DNA of 64,000 nt from an uncultured virus (IMG/VR IMGVR_UViG_2838114448_000008) (IMGVR_UViG_2838114448_000008); one strand, 5' to 3'; numbered from the stretch's first letter, positions 28,748 through 39,067 are shown. Notes: generated by a model not told the origin, from the letters alone. Program-made: numbers and translations.

Positions 28748-29848
28748 ATGGCCTTCACCGACTTCGGGTCCTTCAACGCCCTTCAGAAGAAGATTTTCTC
28801 GGCCAAGGTTCTCCAGATGGGCCGGGACGGCACCATCCTGTTCAACCCCAAGCAGGGACTGGCGAGCAAGTCGACGAATTCCTGCATCCAGCTCATCACC
28901 GAACTGACCAAGACGGAGCGCGGCGACAAGGTCATCATGCCATTGGTCAACGATCTGGTGTCGGACGGTGTTGCCGGCGACAACGATCAGGATGGGCATG
29001 AGGAAAGCCTGATCGCTCAGGACCTCGAAATCACCATCGACATGCTGAGCCACGCCGTCCGCAACAAGGGTGTGATGAGTGAGCAGCGTACCGTGATCCG
29101 GTTCCGCTCGACCGCCCGGGAAAAGTTGGGCAACTGGCGTGCCCAGAAGCGCGAGGAGATCGGCTTCCTCGTCCTGGCCGGTCGCTCCTTCACCTACAAG
29201 CTGGACATGACCGCGCGCCCCTCGTCCAGTCAGCTTCCCGCCCTGGCGTTCGCAAACGACGTCACGGCGCCCAGCGCGAACCGCGTGGTGTTCCCCGGAT
29301 CGGTTACCACCACGGCCGGCCTGAGTGCTGCGAACAAGATGTCCTGGAACGTTTTGCTCCAGGCGAAGACCAAGGCCAAGCGCGCCAACATCAAGCCGAT
29401 CTACCACGAGGGCCGCGAAACCTACGTGACGATGATCTCGCCGGAGCAGGGGCGCGACCTGAAGCAGGACCCCGATTACATCGCCATCACCAAGGACGCC
29501 GGCTCGCGCGGGGCCAAGAACCCGCTGTTCTCCGGTGCCATCGCGATGGTCGATGGCTTGGTGATCTACGAGCACAACAAGGTCCCCACCAACCGCGCCG
29601 ACACCACGGGATGGGGCGCCGGCAACGACGTCATGGGCGCGCAGGCCCTCCTGCTGGGCGCGCAGGCGATGGGCGTGGCCGAAGTCGGAAGCTCCGAGTG
29701 GGCCGAGGACAAGCAGAAGGACTACGGGCGCAAGCCGGGCATCGCCTACTCGTCGATCATGGGCTTCAAGAAGCCGGTGTTCGAAGACCCGCAGACCCTG
29801 ACTGAGGAGGATTTCTCGGTGCTCTCCATCTTCACGGCGGCGGCGTAA
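28748..29848 (+). CDS. Major capsid protein, N4-gp56/DUF4043-like
   Basis: ELTKTERGDKV...L...GVAGD...GHEESL, DL..DP, NPLFSG, LLGAQA; AGGAG RBS. Confidence 0.88.
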   Translation: MAFTDFGSFNALQKKIFSAKVLQMGRDGTILFNPKQGLASKSTNSCIQLITELTKTERGDKVIMPLVNDLVSDGVAGDNDQDGHEESLIAQDLEITIDMLSHAVRNKGVMSEQRTVIRFRSTAREKLGNWRAQKREEIGFLVLAGRSFTYKLDMTARPSSSQLPALAFANDVTAPSANRVVFPGSVTTTAGLSAANKMSWNVLLQAKTKAKRANIKPIYHEGRETYVTMISPEQGRDLKQDPDYIAITKDAGSRGAKNPLFSGAIAMVDGLVIYEHNKVPTNRADTTGWGAGNDVMGAQALLLGAQAMGVAEVGSSEWAEDKQKDYGRKPGIAYSSIMGFKKPVFEDPQTLTEEDFSVLSIFTAAA

Positions 29849-29862
29849 GGCCCCGCGCTCGG

Positions 29863-29892
29863 GCCGGCCGGGGCGGACCACCCCCGGCCGGC
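29863..29892 (+). terminator. GC hairpin after the capsid gene
   Basis: GCCGGCCGGGG/CCCCGGCCGGC 11-bp stem; weak U-tail. Confidence 0.5.
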
Positions 29893-29923
29893 TTCCTGCA
29901 TTCCATCCGAAGGAGACCCGGCC

Positions 29924-30319
29924 ATGGCTGCCGTGACGACCTACCGCGAGTACAAGACCGACCTGCCCCATGTCGTGGGTGGGGTGTCCACCGTCTTCTG
30001 GGAAAAGCTCCTGGCCGCCAACGCGGCCGATTCCGGGGACACCATCGAGTGTTTCGACCTGCCGGGCGGCGCCCGCATCACCGATTGCTCCATGAGCGTC
30101 GGGGGCACCCTGGGCGCCGGCTGCACCGCGGCCCTCAAGGTGGGGGCGACCGCCCTGACCAGCGCGACCACGGCGGGCGGAGCCGATACCGAGCGCATGA
30201 GCGTGCACCCGCCGGCCGCATCCACGTCGTCCCAGACCGTGCAGATCGCCATCGGCGGCGCCGATATCGCGGCCAGTGCCGCCGCGAAGGTGATGGTGCA
30301 GTACGTGATGGATCGGTAA
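29924..30319 (+). CDS. Capsid decoration/cement protein
   Basis: GDTIE.FDLP.GARI pattern; follows the capsid gene. Confidence 0.6.
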   Translation: MAAVTTYREYKTDLPHVVGGVSTVFWEKLLAANAADSGDTIECFDLPGGARITDCSMSVGGTLGAGCTAALKVGATALTSATTAGGADTERMSVHPPAASTSSQTVQIAIGGADIAASAAAKVMVQYVMDR

Positions 30320-30333
30320 GGAGGGCCGCCCAG

Positions 30334-30876
30334 ATGTTGCCCCCCTCCACCACTCTGTGGCTGGTCTTCGACAAGCACGCCGACCGCCCGCGCCCGCACA
30401 CCGCCGTGGTCGGGGACGCCCGCGAGACCATCACGTTCCAGGATCCGGCGACCCCGGTTCCGCTGGAGGAGGCGTGGGCGCGCGTCTTCCTCGGCAACCC
30501 GTCGTTTCAGGTCATCTCGCCCGAGGGCATCGAATACGATGGCTCTACGGCCGGTGTCCCCCTGCCCCAGGAGACCGTACAGCGCCTGTTCGCGGCGTTC
30601 ACCGCGCCGACGCCCCTCGACGGTGTGGTCGCCCTGCCCCCGCCGCTCACCCTGCCCCCGGGCTATCTGATCGCCCGGGTGACCGACCTGGATCGCTGGG
30701 GCTTGATCCGGCACGCCAATATCCTGGCCGGAGAGGATCGGTTCGGGCGCGACGCCGTCAAGGCGGACCTCGAAGCCTACGTCACCCAGGCCCTTCAGGA
30801 CGATCCCGTCGTGGTCGGGGACGTCCTCGCCGGTCTGGACGCCGAACGCGAGCCGGACCATGGCCGCGATTCTTGA
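30334..30876 (+). CDS. Hypothetical virion-region protein
   Basis: AGGAG RBS before ATG 30334. Confidence 0.55.
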   Translation: MLPPSTTLWLVFDKHADRPRPHTAVVGDARETITFQDPATPVPLEEAWARVFLGNPSFQVISPEGIEYDGSTAGVPLPQETVQRLFAAFTAPTPLDGVVALPPPLTLPPGYLIARVTDLDRWGLIRHANILAGEDRFGRDAVKADLEAYVTQALQDDPVVVGDVLAGLDAEREPDHGRDS

Positions 30877-31558
30877 CGCCGGCGCGATCGCCACCCAGGC
30901 GCTGCGCGCCATCGGGCATCTCGCCCCCATCGACAGCGCGGCCGATGCGGCGGAGCACCAGATTGCCCTGACCTGGCTCGATATCGTGCTGGCGGAGCTG
31001 GCCGAGACCGAGCGCCTGTGGCCGTTGGTTCCGACCGCGCAGGCCGTGCCCCTGGTGGCCGGGCAGGACTCCTACCGGCTGGCCATGCATGTTGTGCCCC
31101 AGTTCGCCGTGGTCACGCGGCTGGGCCTGCGGGACGCTGCCGGGCGCGAAACCCCCGTCGCCCTGGTCCGCCGGGCCGATTGGGACGCCATCGACGACAA
31201 AACGGCCGTCGGCATGCCCGAAGCCGCCCACTTGCTCGACGACGAAGCGCAGACCCTCCGCCTCTGGCCCACCCCGGCCGACGCCAACCGGACACTGGTG
31301 GTCACCGGCCAGCGGCATAGCGCGGACATCACGACACGCCGTGGCGGGTCGGTGCCGCACGGGCTGTCGCCCGGCTGGAACCGCTTTCTCATCAAGGCGG
31401 TCGCCGCCGAGATCGCGGGCGGTCCCGTGCTGACCCTCCCGGTCGGTGAGCGCGACCGCCTGCGCGCGGAAGCGATGGACGCAAAGGCGCGCCTATTGGC
31501 CCACCGAGGGCGCGAGCAGGTGGACCGGCCGCGCCGGGTCCGCCCCTGGGGCCAGTAA
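30860..31558 (+). CDS. Head-tail adaptor, P22 gp4-like
   Basis: I...ALR.IG...AL..L; G.P...LRLWPTP; position in the virion operon. Confidence 0.7.
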   Translation: MAAILDAGAIATQALRAIGHLAPIDSAADAAEHQIALTWLDIVLAELAETERLWPLVPTAQAVPLVAGQDSYRLAMHVVPQFAVVTRLGLRDAAGRETPVALVRRADWDAIDDKTAVGMPEAAHLLDDEAQTLRLWPTPADANRTLVVTGQRHSADITTRRGGSVPHGLSPGWNRFLIKAVAAEIAGGPVLTLPVGERDRLRAEAMDAKARLLAHRGREQVDRPRRVRPWGQ

Positions 31559-31573
31559 CGGGGAGTCGGATCC

Positions 31574-32482
31574 ATGGCCACGAACCGCATCACCATCCCG
31601 GATTTCCAATTGGCCAACCCCGCCCACGCCAATGCGGTCGTGACCTTCTATGCCGTGGATGGCGCCGGCGCCCGCGCGGACACCCTGGTGACACTGTACG
31701 ACGGATCGACCGGCACCGGCACCCTCGCCAATCCGCACACCCTGGACAGCAGCGGAAAGTTCCGGGTGCCGGTCTACATCGAGGCGCCGACCATCGCCCG
31801 TATCGGGTCCACATCCCTTGGCAGCTACGAAACGGGAATCATCGGCACGACCGGCGTTCAGAGCGCCAACGCAGCGGCGGTCAGCGCGGCGGCCGCGAGC
31901 GCGAGCGCCAATGCCGCCGCGAACAGTGAAAGAGGGGCTGTAAACAGTGCCGCCACGGCATCCGGGCATGCGACCGCCGCCGGCCGAAGCGCCAGCGCGG
32001 CCTCGACGTATGCCGCGGCCGCGTCCAACAGCGCCCGCGCGGCGGCCGCGAGTGCAGCCAGTATTACCCTGCCCGATGCGCCGGTGGATGGGCAGGTGCC
32101 GCAATGGGACGATGCAACCGGGGCCTATGTCGGCCTCCCGGTTGGAAACGGGCCCCACGCCCTTGGACAGCGCGACGCAACCGGCGTGCTGCCGCGGGCA
32201 ACCCTGGCCGTCCTTGCCCTTGATGCCGACGCCGAGGCCGCCGCCGGCATGCGCTACATCTGCGACACGCGCGGTGGGACGTTCACACTGACCCTGCCCG
32301 CCGCCCCAGCGGATGGCGACGTCCTTGAAGTGCTGGACGCCCATGACAGCTTCGCCACCCACCCCCTGATCCTTGCCCGCAACGGCCACACGATCGTCGG
32401 CACGGCGGAGGATTTGGTCTGCGATCTGGCCCGTGCCGCCTTCGCCCTGGTCCACGCCGGGGGCGACTGGAGACTTGTCTGA
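31574..32482 (+). CDS. Tail fibre N-terminal/anchor protein
   Basis: LANPHTLDSSGKF anchor, Ala/Ser-rich stalk, FTLTLPAAPADGD C-terminal domain. Confidence 0.65.
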   Translation: MATNRITIPDFQLANPAHANAVVTFYAVDGAGARADTLVTLYDGSTGTGTLANPHTLDSSGKFRVPVYIEAPTIARIGSTSLGSYETGIIGTTGVQSANAAAVSAAAASASANAAANSERGAVNSAATASGHATAAGRSASAASTYAAAASNSARAAAASAASITLPDAPVDGQVPQWDDATGAYVGLPVGNGPHALGQRDATGVLPRATLAVLALDADAEAAAGMRYICDTRGGTFTLTLPAAPADGDVLEVLDAHDSFATHPLILARNGHTIVGTAEDLVCDLARAAFALVHAGGDWRLV

Positions 32483-33720
32483 TGTCGAACCTCTCCCTCA
32501 TCACCCGTCCGAAAACCCTGCGGTCAGCGTGGTTCACCAAGCCCGGAACCCATACCTTCACCCTGCCCATGATTGCCGATGACTGGATCGAGGTGTTCGT
32601 GTTCGGCGCCGGCGGTGGCGGCGGCAAAGGTGCCAGCAGTTGTGTTGGCACCGGGGGCGGCGGCGGCGAATGCGCGTCCGCCCTGATCAACCTCGGCGCC
32701 GGCAACACGACCCCCACACTCACGATCGGCACCCGGGGGAGTGGGTCGATGAGCACAGACACACCCGGGACGGCGGGCGGGACGTCCAGCTATGGCACCC
32801 TCGTGACCGCCATCGGTGGCGCCGGCGGAAAAGCCGGAACAGCCGGCAACACCATGGGCGGCGCGGGCGGCACCGGCGGGGCGACGGCGACCGACGCCAC
32901 CGTCAAAGCCCTGGGACGGTGGCGTGGTGGCGCCGGCGGGTCCGTTCCGACGTCTCGCCACCAAAACAACGGATGCGGGGGCGGGGGCGGATCCGGCTCT
33001 CCGTTCGGCGACGGGGGCAATGGCGGGGCCGGTGGCGCGCGCCATTCGTCCTACTCTGCTGGCGGTGGCGGCGGAGGTGGTTGGGGCGGCGATGGTGGCA
33101 ACGGCGGCGATGGCGGCAGTTCGTCGAGCCAATACGGAAGCGGCGGCGGAGGCGGCGGCATCCGTCATAAGGGGGGCAACGGCACGATGGGCCAGTATGC
33201 GTCCGGCGGCTCCGGAGGAGGAACGCTGGGGCAGGGTCCCGATGGAGACACCTACATGAATATCTCCTTCGGCGGCGCGGGCTTAACCATCGCCATGGCG
33301 GTCGCCGGACCGACAAACCTACCGCCCCCCGCCCAGATCCTGCCCACCGCAAAGGAATGGCACCACATCCGGGATGTCATCGGGGGCGGTGGGGCTGGGG
33401 CCATAACGCGGTCTTCACGGCATAGCTTCGATGGCCAGCCCGGTGCGGCCGGCGGCGGCGGCGGCGGCGCGGGCGGCGGCGGCGCCTATGATGCGGGGGG
33501 TGGTGGCTTCGGCGGCGGCGGCGGCGGTTTGTCCGGGGGGTCCAGCGGCCGCATAGCCGGCGCCGGTGGGTTCGGGGGCGGCGGCGGGGGCGGCGCGGGC
33601 TACAACAACAGTGGCGGGCATGGCGGCAGCAGCGGCGGCGGCGGCGGTGCGGGCTACAACAGCTCGTACGCATCCGGTGACGGCGGCGATGGTGCCATCC
33701 TCATCTACTACTACGCCTAG
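32482..33720 (+). CDS. Glycine-rich tail fibre protein
   Basis: FTKPGTHTFT...GAGGGGG...GDGGDGAILIYY. Confidence 0.75.
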   Translation: MSNLSLITRPKTLRSAWFTKPGTHTFTLPMIADDWIEVFVFGAGGGGGKGASSCVGTGGGGGECASALINLGAGNTTPTLTIGTRGSGSMSTDTPGTAGGTSSYGTLVTAIGGAGGKAGTAGNTMGGAGGTGGATATDATVKALGRWRGGAGGSVPTSRHQNNGCGGGGGSGSPFGDGGNGGAGGARHSSYSAGGGGGGGWGGDGGNGGDGGSSSSQYGSGGGGGGIRHKGGNGTMGQYASGGSGGGTLGQGPDGDTYMNISFGGAGLTIAMAVAGPTNLPPPAQILPTAKEWHHIRDVIGGGGAGAITRSSRHSFDGQPGAAGGGGGGAGGGGAYDAGGGGFGGGGGGLSGGSSGRIAGAGGFGGGGGGGAGYNNSGGHGGSSGGGGGAGYNSSYASGDGGDGAILIYYYA

Positions 33721-33729
33721 GAGGCCGGC

Positions 33730-34293
33730 GTGCCCAAGGCCTGGATCGAAGACGGCCGCGTGCGCGATGTCGCGCCCGGCGATCCCAATACTTTCTATCA
33801 CCCCAGCGTGGCGGTGCATTACGACACCGAGGTACCGGAAGGCACCCGGAGCGGCGCCACCTACGTCGACGGCATGTGGGCGAACCCGGCCCCACCCGAA
33901 CAGATGCCGCAGCCCCTACCCTCCCTTGCCGACCGCAAGGCGGCCCTGCGCGAGGCCGTACGAACGGAGCGCACACGCCGCCTCGACAAAGGGATCCTGA
34001 TCGAGGGCGTAGGCCCCCTGCGGACGGGCGACGGCGATCGGGCGATGCTCCAGGGGGCGGTTTCCCTCCTTGCGGCCGATGAGACCCTCCAAAGCCTGGA
34101 CTGGGAGGTTCAGCCGCACACCTGGGCAACGATCGACCGGCATACGCTAGCCGCGATGGGCCGAACGGTCGCGCTGCATGTGGAGTCCTGCTTCTCCCGA
34201 TCGCGCGCACTCGTCGAGTCCATCGAGGCGGCGGTCGATCACACGGCACTTGATGCGATCAACATCGGCGACGACGCGAACTGGCCTTCCTGA
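33730..34293 (+). CDS. Tail fibre chaperone, DUF4376-like
   Basis: ER.RR...GI....M...VALHVESCF....L...I. Confidence 0.7.
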   Translation: MPKAWIEDGRVRDVAPGDPNTFYHPSVAVHYDTEVPEGTRSGATYVDGMWANPAPPEQMPQPLPSLADRKAALREAVRTERTRRLDKGILIEGVGPLRTGDGDRAMLQGAVSLLAADETLQSLDWEVQPHTWATIDRHTLAAMGRTVALHVESCFSRSRALVESIEAAVDHTALDAINIGDDANWPS

Positions 34294-34307
34294 GGGAGCA
34301 ACACAGC

Positions 34308-36182
34308 ATGCCCGCCCAACGCATTTTCCAGTTCGACACATGGCAGCCCGGGTACGCGGGTTCGACGGTCTATGTGCGCGACGGCAGCGGCGCGCTGGCC
34401 GCCGTGTTCACCGACGAGGCCCTGACGCAGCCGGCCCCGAACCCGCAAATTCTGATCCAGACCACGGACACGGCCGGCGTCTCCTATGGCAAGTTCGCCG
34501 AGCCGATCTACACGGCGGCCGACTACGCCCTCGATATCGACACCACGCAGCAGACCGGGGTGCAGCGCCTGCCGCTGACCACATTGGCCGGTCAGGACGC
34601 ATCCCAGGCCGAGGTGACGGCGACCAACGGCACGGTGGCGCGTCCCCTGGCCGCGCGTGCGGCGGACGTCATCCGCGCCCTGGACCATGGTGCCCTGGAC
34701 GACACCAGCACCGCAGCGAACACGGCCACCCTTCAGGCTGCCATCGGCATCGCCGCCGCCGCTGGGGCGGGCGCCGTTCTCGTGCCCGCCGGCACTTACC
34801 AGATCAACGCGATCACCATTCCGCAGGGCGTCATCCTGACCGGCGCCGGCCGGGGCGCCACCATCCTGGTCAGCCAGATCGCGGACGATGTGGTCACGAT
34901 CGCCGGGGACGATGCCGGGCTGGCCGACCTGACCCTGGACGGCGTCAACGTGGTGGCCGGCGGAATCGGTATCGCCTCCCAGGCTGTCACCGGCCTGATC
35001 CTCCGCCACGTCCAGATCGCGCGCTTCGCCACCGCCATGCGGCACCAGGGCGGGTTCGATCACCGCTACACCGACGTAAGCGTCTACGCCTGCGCCGAGG
35101 GGCCCCGGTTTCTGGGCGACGCCGCCGAGGACGTCGGCAACACCTTCACGGGCTTGCACTGGGTGGGCGGAAAGGTCAGCGCGACCACGACCGGCGCGGC
35201 CGTCGCCTTCGAGGCCGATGACCGGCCGGTGGACCACAACGCCCTCGTCCACGTCGAGATCCTGGACAACATCGGCACAGCGGGCATCACGCTGGTGGGG
35301 GCGCAGTTCACCACGCTGGAACGCTGCGCCTGGGAGGGCAACGTCAACATCCTCTCGGTGGAGGATTGCACCAACGTGGACCTGCCGGACCGGGAGGTGA
35401 TCTCGCTGCGGGTCCTGGGCGGGAGTATGGCCGACGGCACCATCGCGCTCGACGGGCTGTGCCAGGACATCGTGTTCGAAAGCGTCGAGATCGTCGGCGC
35501 CGATTTCGTCATGACCACGCCGGTCCACAACATCCTGCTGAAGAACTGCACCGAGTACGGCGCCAGGGCCAGCGGCTCCGAGCCGCGCAAGCTGACCCGG
35601 TTCCGCGACATCCACCGGGGGGGCGTCATCGGGTTGACCACGGACGGCGACCCCGTCGTGGCCTGGGCGCTCACCCTGAACCCAGGTGAGGTGGCCATGA
35701 TCGAGGTGCGGGCGACGGGCCGCGCGCTCAACAACGCGACGGAATACGCGGTCTACCACACGGAGCAGGCGGCCCGCCGGCCGGGGGCCACCCTGCCCTA
35801 CGACAACCGAACCACGGCCTTCTCGATCGGCAGCACGGTCCAGGGCGCCGACAGCGGCGCCACGGCCCTGATCGTGGCGGACGACAGCGACGACACCACG
35901 GGCACCCTGACGCTGTATGACATCATCGGGACCTTTGAGGACAACGAGATCATCACCGAGACCGGCGAGACCACCGGCTCGGCGCAGGTCAACGGCGCCC
36001 TCGGTTTCAATGCCGTGGCCCTGGCCGGCTCCACGGTGTCGCACGTCTCCGAAACCGGCGGCACGGCTTCGACATGGGGCGGCCTGTCCTTCGCCGCCTC
36101 CGGCCCCGAGATCCAGGTGAAGGTCGACGGCGACGCGAACGACGCGGTCGAGTGGCGCGTGGACTGCCGGGTCACGATCTGA
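34308..36182 (+). CDS. Tailspike with pectate-lyase-like beta-helix
   Basis: D.GA..D....NTATLQAAI...VLVPAGTY...LTGAGRGATIL. Confidence 0.8.
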   Translation: MPAQRIFQFDTWQPGYAGSTVYVRDGSGALAAVFTDEALTQPAPNPQILIQTTDTAGVSYGKFAEPIYTAADYALDIDTTQQTGVQRLPLTTLAGQDASQAEVTATNGTVARPLAARAADVIRALDHGALDDTSTAANTATLQAAIGIAAAAGAGAVLVPAGTYQINAITIPQGVILTGAGRGATILVSQIADDVVTIAGDDAGLADLTLDGVNVVAGGIGIASQAVTGLILRHVQIARFATAMRHQGGFDHRYTDVSVYACAEGPRFLGDAAEDVGNTFTGLHWVGGKVSATTTGAAVAFEADDRPVDHNALVHVEILDNIGTAGITLVGAQFTTLERCAWEGNVNILSVEDCTNVDLPDREVISLRVLGGSMADGTIALDGLCQDIVFESVEIVGADFVMTTPVHNILLKNCTEYGARASGSEPRKLTRFRDIHRGGVIGLTTDGDPVVAWALTLNPGEVAMIEVRATGRALNNATEYAVYHTEQAARRPGATLPYDNRTTAFSIGSTVQGADSGATALIVADDSDDTTGTLTLYDIIGTFEDNEIITETGETTGSAQVNGALGFNAVALAGSTVSHVSETGGTASTWGGLSFAASGPEIQVKVDGDANDAVEWRVDCRVTI

Positions 36183-36200
36183 CGCAGGAGACGACGGCCC

Positions 36201-37607
36201 ATGGCCTGGGAAACCATCCCCCTCGACGCCCCGGTGCTCCAGAACGTCGCCGAAACCGCCCTGACGCACGGCCGGGCCAACGCGGCCCTGGAAAACGCCT
36301 TCGTCAACGAGATCGGGGCCGTGTGCCGGATGCCGGGCCTCGTCCCGTTCGCGCAATTGGGCGGCGGCGGCCGGGTCACCCTCACCGACTGGCGCGGCGA
36401 CCTGATCGCCATCACCTCGGCGGGTCAGATGTGGCGGGTTTCCGCAACCGGCGCCAGCACGGACCTGACTGGCGTGCCGGTCTCGGGCGGCGGGCGGCCG
36501 ATCGTGGCAAAGACCGAGGACGAGCTGGTGGTCGCAGCCGGCGGCCCCATCGTGCGGCTGGCTGGCACCCGGACGGAACGGCTGGCGCGGAGCGCGCCGG
36601 ATTCCACGCACGTCTGTTTCGTGGCCGGCTATCTGGTGGCCATCGAACCCCGCTCCGGCCGGTTCTACCACTCCGCCGTCGGCGACTACGATTCCTGGGA
36701 CCCGCTCGACGTCTTCAGCGCTGAGGGGAAGCCCGACGACCTCAACGCCGCGATCGTGACCCCCTACTCCGAGCTGCTGTTGTGCGGCCCGCAGTCGGTG
36801 GAGCAGTTCGACCCGGTCACGTCCGGCACCCAGCCGTTCTATCGCCGCTGGCAGATCGGCGACGGCGTGCTGGCGCCCTACACCCTGGTCGCGGCCAACA
36901 ACGGCGTCTATGGCGTCAACCAACGCTACGAGTTTGCCCGGTTCGCCGGCCAGTACAGCGAAGACGCCGGCCCAGCGGTGGGCCGCACCCTGGAGCGCGT
37001 GGACGACTGGACCGGCGCCTGGTCCGCTGAACTGCTCATCGAAGGTCAGAAGTTCATCCTGCTGCAAGCCCCGCAGGCCACCACCTCGCACGACACGACG
37101 GGCGTAACCCTGCTGTTCGATGTGCGCCAGCAACGCTGGTCGGCGCTCTACGGCTGGGACGCGGCGGTCGGTGCACCGGGCCGCTGGCCGGGCTGGTCGC
37201 TTCTGCGCCTGTGGGGCCGCTGGTTCGTGGGGGGTGACGGGGGCCGCATCTACGAGATGACCCCGACGGCGTACGATCACGCCGGGCAGGTGCAGCCGGT
37301 GCTGCTGCGCACCGGGCACTGGTCGATGAAGGGCCACCGGACCCGCGTCAACCGGAGCCGGATGCGTCTGCGGCGGGGCGTCGTCGGCTCCACTGCCGCC
37401 GAGCCCGTGCTCTCCATCCGCTGCAACCGCGATAACCGGGGCTGGTCCTCCTGGCGCCGCGTCGGGTTGGGCGTGGCCGGGGACCGCACGCTGGTGGTCA
37501 ACACGGGAGCCTGGGGCGCGGCGGATTCCTGGCAATGGGAGATCGCGGCCACGGATACAGCACCCCTGGAGCTGCACGAGTTCCAGGTGGACCAAGACAA
37601 GGTGTGA
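36201..37607 (+). CDS. Tail hub/packaged DNA stabilization protein, P22 gp10-like
   Basis: FSAEGKPDDL, L.G..SVE.F, TLLFDV..Q.W, WEIAATD. Confidence 0.8.
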   Translation: MAWETIPLDAPVLQNVAETALTHGRANAALENAFVNEIGAVCRMPGLVPFAQLGGGGRVTLTDWRGDLIAITSAGQMWRVSATGASTDLTGVPVSGGGRPIVAKTEDELVVAAGGPIVRLAGTRTERLARSAPDSTHVCFVAGYLVAIEPRSGRFYHSAVGDYDSWDPLDVFSAEGKPDDLNAAIVTPYSELLLCGPQSVEQFDPVTSGTQPFYRRWQIGDGVLAPYTLVAANNGVYGVNQRYEFARFAGQYSEDAGPAVGRTLERVDDWTGAWSAELLIEGQKFILLQAPQATTSHDTTGVTLLFDVRQQRWSALYGWDAAVGAPGRWPGWSLLRLWGRWFVGGDGGRIYEMTPTAYDHAGQVQPVLLRTGHWSMKGHRTRVNRSRMRLRRGVVGSTAAEPVLSIRCNRDNRGWSSWRRVGLGVAGDRTLVVNTGAWGAADSWQWEIAATDTAPLELHEFQVDQDKV

Positions 37608-37611
37608 GCCG

Positions 37612-37905
37612 ATGGCCGTCCAGCCCCCCACCGTTCCGCAGCCACCCCGCCTGACCGGCAACGCGCAGGCCGACAACAGCGCCCTCGCGGATTACATGTG
37701 GTCGCTCTACAAGGCGCTCGTGCTGCACCAGGGCGGCCCGATCCAGCGCATTTCCGCGCTGTCATCCGTGGAGACGCCCGACGTCGCGACCGGTATCGCG
37801 GTGTCCGCACCCCCGACGCAGAGCGACGTCGAGGCCCTGGTCGAGGCCGTGCAGGCGCTGAACGCCACCGTCACGGCGCTGGTGCGGGCCGCGCGGGGGG
37901 AGTGA
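37612..37905 (+). CDS. Small tail-associated protein
   Basis: SAPPTQSDVEAL coiled-coil ending; follows the hub gene. Confidence 0.5.
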   Translation: MAVQPPTVPQPPRLTGNAQADNSALADYMWSLYKALVLHQGGPIQRISALSSVETPDVATGIAVSAPPTQSDVEALVEAVQALNATVTALVRAARGE

Positions 37906-37933
37906 GGGGCGGCGCCCCTGTCTGAACCTGCTC

Positions 37934-38326
37934 TTAAGGATCAAGGCAACCGCCGCGCCGAGAGCACTCCATCTCATAGGAAGGACCGCCAATAGGGTCC
38001 GGCCCTACCCACATCAAAACATAGGCAAAAGCTAGTGCTGCAAATAATCCATAATAATACAAACGCGCGACCATCAGACTAATATGAGCAAACAATAGCG
38101 CTGTGCCTGACGCTCCCGAAGATTCACAATCTTCATAGCATTCTTTTAGAGCGAAAAATGCCAAACCTCCGACATACAAAGTGTATGCTATGGAAGCGAA
38201 GATGGACCAAGGCACTGACATTGTGTAAAAGAAAACTATGGGCGGGCCTATGAATGCCAATATAAAGCGCGCTGTACTTTTATTCAGCACCTTCGACGCC
38301 CCCGTCATGGACGCGACCCCCCTCAC
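37934..38326 (-). CDS. AT-rich multi-pass membrane protein (moron)
   Basis: 3-4 hydrophobic segments; antisense to the structural operon; visibly lower GC. Confidence 0.6.
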   Translation of the reverse strand: MRGVASMTGASKVLNKSTARFILAFIGPPIVFFYTMSVPWSIFASIAYTLYVGGLAFFALKECYEDCESSGASGTALLFAHISLMVARLYYYGLFAALAFAYVLMWVGPDPIGGPSYEMECSRRGGCLDP

Positions 38327-38964
38327 GGATTGATGAACGGGAAGTCCTCGCGCGCAATGCGCCGCGCCAGGGCGAGGGTGGTAGCATCATCCTCCCGATA
38401 CTGCGTGCGGCACACCATCACATGGGACGTCGTATTCCGGGCGGTATCGGCATCCGCCAGAGCGCACCCGTACATGTGACCGTCATCGCCAACATACCGG
38501 ACGGCGCGGGCCTCGACGGGACCGGTCATCACCATCCCAGGAACCGCGCCGGACACCACCCGCGTTTCATCGGCATCGGACCCAAGGATGGCCCGATTCG
38601 TTGAGATGCGAGCATCCATCCGGGTCACGGACACGAACACACGAGCGGCCCCTGTCTGCCCGGTTGGTCCGGCACTAAGTTTTTGCTGAATGCGTTCAAG
38701 CGATGGTGCCAGCTTTGCGATCACGTAGAACTGCGATCCTGAAACGCCATCATCGTTCACAACACGTCGGCACTTCGGATTGACGCCCCGCCAAGCCGTA
38801 ATCTCATTCCACAGTGCCGATCCCCTGACGACAACACCTTCGCAATTGGCCCCCGCCGGCTGATCGACCACGGAAACGTCGCGCACCGTCGCGTCACGGC
38901 CGCCTCCCGTCGTCGTCTGACACGCCGCCAGCATCAGCCCCACACCCACCATCAACCACCGCAT
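38323..38964 (-). CDS. Lipoprotein (moron), candidate superinfection exclusion factor
   Basis: MRWLMVGVGLMLAAC lipobox; AAGGAGG RBS. Confidence 0.7.
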   Translation of the reverse strand: MRWLMVGVGLMLAACQTTTGGGRDATVRDVSVVDQPAGANCEGVVVRGSALWNEITAWRGVNPKCRRVVNDDGVSGSQFYVIAKLAPSLERIQQKLSAGPTGQTGAARVFVSVTRMDARISTNRAILGSDADETRVVSGAVPGMVMTGPVEARAVRYVGDDGHMYGCALADADTARNTTSHVMVCRTQYREDDATTLALARRIAREDFPFINP

Positions 38965-39049
38965 CGCACCCCTCCTTCAATCCGCGCCTATGTTGCCTCC
39001 CGACACGCAAGAAGGGCAAGGGTGCGAGTCGTGGCGCCAGAGCCCTGCA

Positions 39050-39067
39050 TGAGCGCGACGGGACATC
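39050..39067 (+). promoter_or_regulatory. Late motif copy 4 TGAGCGCGACGGGACATC
   Basis: Immediately after the antisense morons, upstream of the ejection genes. Confidence 0.7.

Noticed and set aside
32600..33700. GGC-rich DNA as a repeat element or PE-PGRS-like gene
   Set aside because: Explained by a glycine-rich tail fibre ORF in a tail-gene context.
27386..37676. Long minus-strand ORFs (940 aa at 27386-30208, 1145 aa at 34239-37676) and similar ORFs elsewhere
   Set aside because: Antisense shadows of real high-GC genes, with no recognisable motifs.
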